Shown here in pieces: positions 62,433 to 64,000 of a stretch of 64,000 bases of DNA. The first letter of the stretch is position 1, and each line of letters opens with the position of its first letter. The notes beneath the pieces are model-generated. The model saw only the letters and a program-made list of their open reading frames with translations, made no database searches and was not told the DNA's origin. This DNA comes from Leptolyngbyaceae cyanobacterium clean351 (GTDB lineage: Bacteria > Cyanobacteriota > Cyanobacteriia > DAIDHW01). The position numbers and the translations under genes are program-made. Location: contig DAIDHW010000001.1 in assembly GCA_027451865.1 (NCBI GenBank), positions 81,798-145,797 on the forward strand, written 5' to 3'.

Positions 62433-62834
62433 ATGCCCACAATCCAGCAATTAATTCGTAGCGAACGCGAACAAGTGCGGCGGAAGACTAAGTCTCCGGC
62501 CCTCAAGAGCTGTCCCCAGCGTCGGGGGGTCTGCACACGGGTGTACACCACAACTCCCAAGAAGCCAAACTCGGCTTTGCGTAAGGTTGCCCGGGTCCGG
62601 CTAACCTCCGGCTTCGAGGTTACTGCCTACGTGCCTGGTATTGGTCACAACCTGCAGGAGCACTCCGTAGTGATGATTCGGGGCGGACGGGTCAAGGACC
62701 TGCCTGGGGTACGGTACCACATCATTCGCGGTACCCTTGACACGGCCGGAGTAAAGGACCGCAAGCAAGGCCGGTCGAAGTACGGGGCCAAACAGCCCAA
62801 ACAGCAGCAGCAAACCGCTACCAAGAAAAAGTAA
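62433..62834 (+). CDS. rpsL: 30S ribosomal protein S12
   Basis: [30 protein letters not shown]. Confidence 0.99.
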   Translation: MPTIQQLIRSEREQVRRKTKSPALKSCPQRRGVCTRVYTTTPKKPNSALRKVARVRLTSGFEVTAYVPGIGHNLQEHSVVMIRGGRVKDLPGVRYHIIRGTLDTAGVKDRKQGRSKYGAKQPKQQQQTATKKK

Positions 62835-62877
62835 CCTCCTCCTAAGTACCCTCCAAGCCAACTAAGCCACTCTACCT

Positions 62878-63348
62878 ATGTCCCGTCGTTCTGCCGTACC
62901 CAAGCGTCCCATTCCCCCCGACCCAGTCTACAATAACCAGTTGGTCACCATGATGGTGCGCCGGGTGATGCGATCGGGCAAGAAGTCTCTGGCCGCTCGG
63001 ATTGTTTACCAGTCTATGAATTTGATCGCCGAGCGGACGGGGGCCGATCCTCTGGAGGTATTTCAGCAGGCCATTCGCAATGCTACTCCCCTAGTAGAAG
63101 TGAAGGCTCGACGGGTTGGGGGGGCAACCTACCAAGTGCCCATGGAGGTACGGCCTGAGCGCGGTACCGCCTTAGCTCTGCGGTGGTTGATTCAGTACGC
63201 CCGCCAACGCTCTGGCAAGAGCATGGCCCTGCATCTGGCCAATGAGCTGATGGATGCTGCCAACGAAACTGGCAGTGCCATCCGCAAGCGGGAAGAAACC
63301 CATAAGATGGCTGAAGCTAATAAGGCCTTTGCCCATTACCGTTACTAA
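62878..63348 (+). CDS. rpsG: 30S ribosomal protein S7
   Basis: [24 protein letters not shown]. Confidence 0.99.
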   Translation: MSRRSAVPKRPIPPDPVYNNQLVTMMVRRVMRSGKKSLAARIVYQSMNLIAERTGADPLEVFQQAIRNATPLVEVKARRVGGATYQVPMEVRPERGTALALRWLIQYARQRSGKSMALHLANELMDAANETGSAIRKREETHKMAEANKAFAHYRY

Positions 63349-63427
63349 TCTGAGGCCTTCTGGTCTGCCTGTATCTGAAATTTGAAACTTATCCCGAGCA
63401 TCTGCGGCAAAGTCTAAGGAGGTAGCT

Positions 63428-64000
63428 GTGGTCCGTACCATCCCGCTGGAACGTGTCCGAAATATTGGTATCGCTGCTCACATCGATGCCGGCAAGACCA
63501 CTACTACTGAGAGAATTCTCTTTTACTCTGGGGTGGTGCACAAGATTGGTGAGGTTCACGAGGGAACTACCGTCACTGACTGGATGGAGCAGGAGCGGGA
63601 ACGCGGGATTACCATCACTGCTGCCGCCATCAGCACTGCCTGGACTCGCCGCGACCCCCAAAATCCTACCCAGCCCAAGCCTGGGGAGCCTGAGCATCGC
63701 ATCAACATCATTGACACCCCAGGCCACGTGGACTTCACCATCGAAGTGGAGCGGTCTATGCGAGTCCTCGATGGGGTGATCGCTGTTTTCTGCTCGGTAG
63801 GTGGGGTCCAACCCCAGTCAGAGACTGTATGGCGGCAGGCAGACCGCTACCAGGTGCCTCGCCTTGCTTTCATCAATAAAATGGACCGGACTGGGGCCAA
63901 CTTTTATCGGGTTTACAACCAACTGCGGGAACGGCTGCGGGCTAACGCGGTCCCGATTCAGATCCCAGTTGGCAGTGAAGATAACCTGCGCGGCTTGGTG
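63428..64000 (+). CDS. fusA: Elongation factor G (partial, 5' end)
   Basis: AAGGAGG RBS then GTG; manual translation [25 protein letters not shown]...RGITI...DTPGHVDF...NKMD; absent from the ORF track because truncated. Confidence 0.98.
   Translation, partial: MVRTIPLERVRNIGIAAHIDAGKTTTTERILFYSGVVHKIGEVHEGTTVTDWMEQERERGITITAAAISTAWTRRDPQNPTQPKPGEPEHRINIIDTPGHVDFTIEVERSMRVLDGVIAVFCSVGGVQPQSETVWRQADRYQVPRLAFINKMDRTGANFYRVYNQLRERLRANAVPIQIPVGSEDNLRGLV

Noticed and set aside
62057..63811. Track ORFs 62057-62560(-), 63389-63811(-), 63453-63779(+) and similar
   Set aside because: Antisense or off-frame shadows of iscA, rpsL and fusA

Overview
A gene-dense, roughly 55-60% GC cyanobacterial chromosome segment. 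Markers include apcD, crtR, bvdR, ycf51, Fd-GOGAT glsF, sds/plqA and the start of the rpsL-rpsG-fusA operon. An insertion in EF-G suggests an early-branching lineage. Most of the window is housekeeping, transport and cofactor genes, plus an intron-less tRNA-Leu(UAA) and a clear yybP-ykoY (Mn2+) riboswitch upstream of a GDT1/Mnx exporter. The standout is an orphan ~1000-aa ORF (36321-39323, minus strand). Its C-terminal ~450 aa read like a MID + catalytically dead PIWI module, i.e. a highly divergent Argonaute/PIWI-like protein with an unrecognised N-terminal half and no adjacent effector gene. Other oddities are a 37-36-37 bp repeat-spacer-repeat unit between apcD and folB, an AT-rich islet with a 22-bp tandem duplication, several probable pseudo-enzymes, and strong CTAG over-representation. 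All calls come from reading sequence motifs by eye; no database searches were run.
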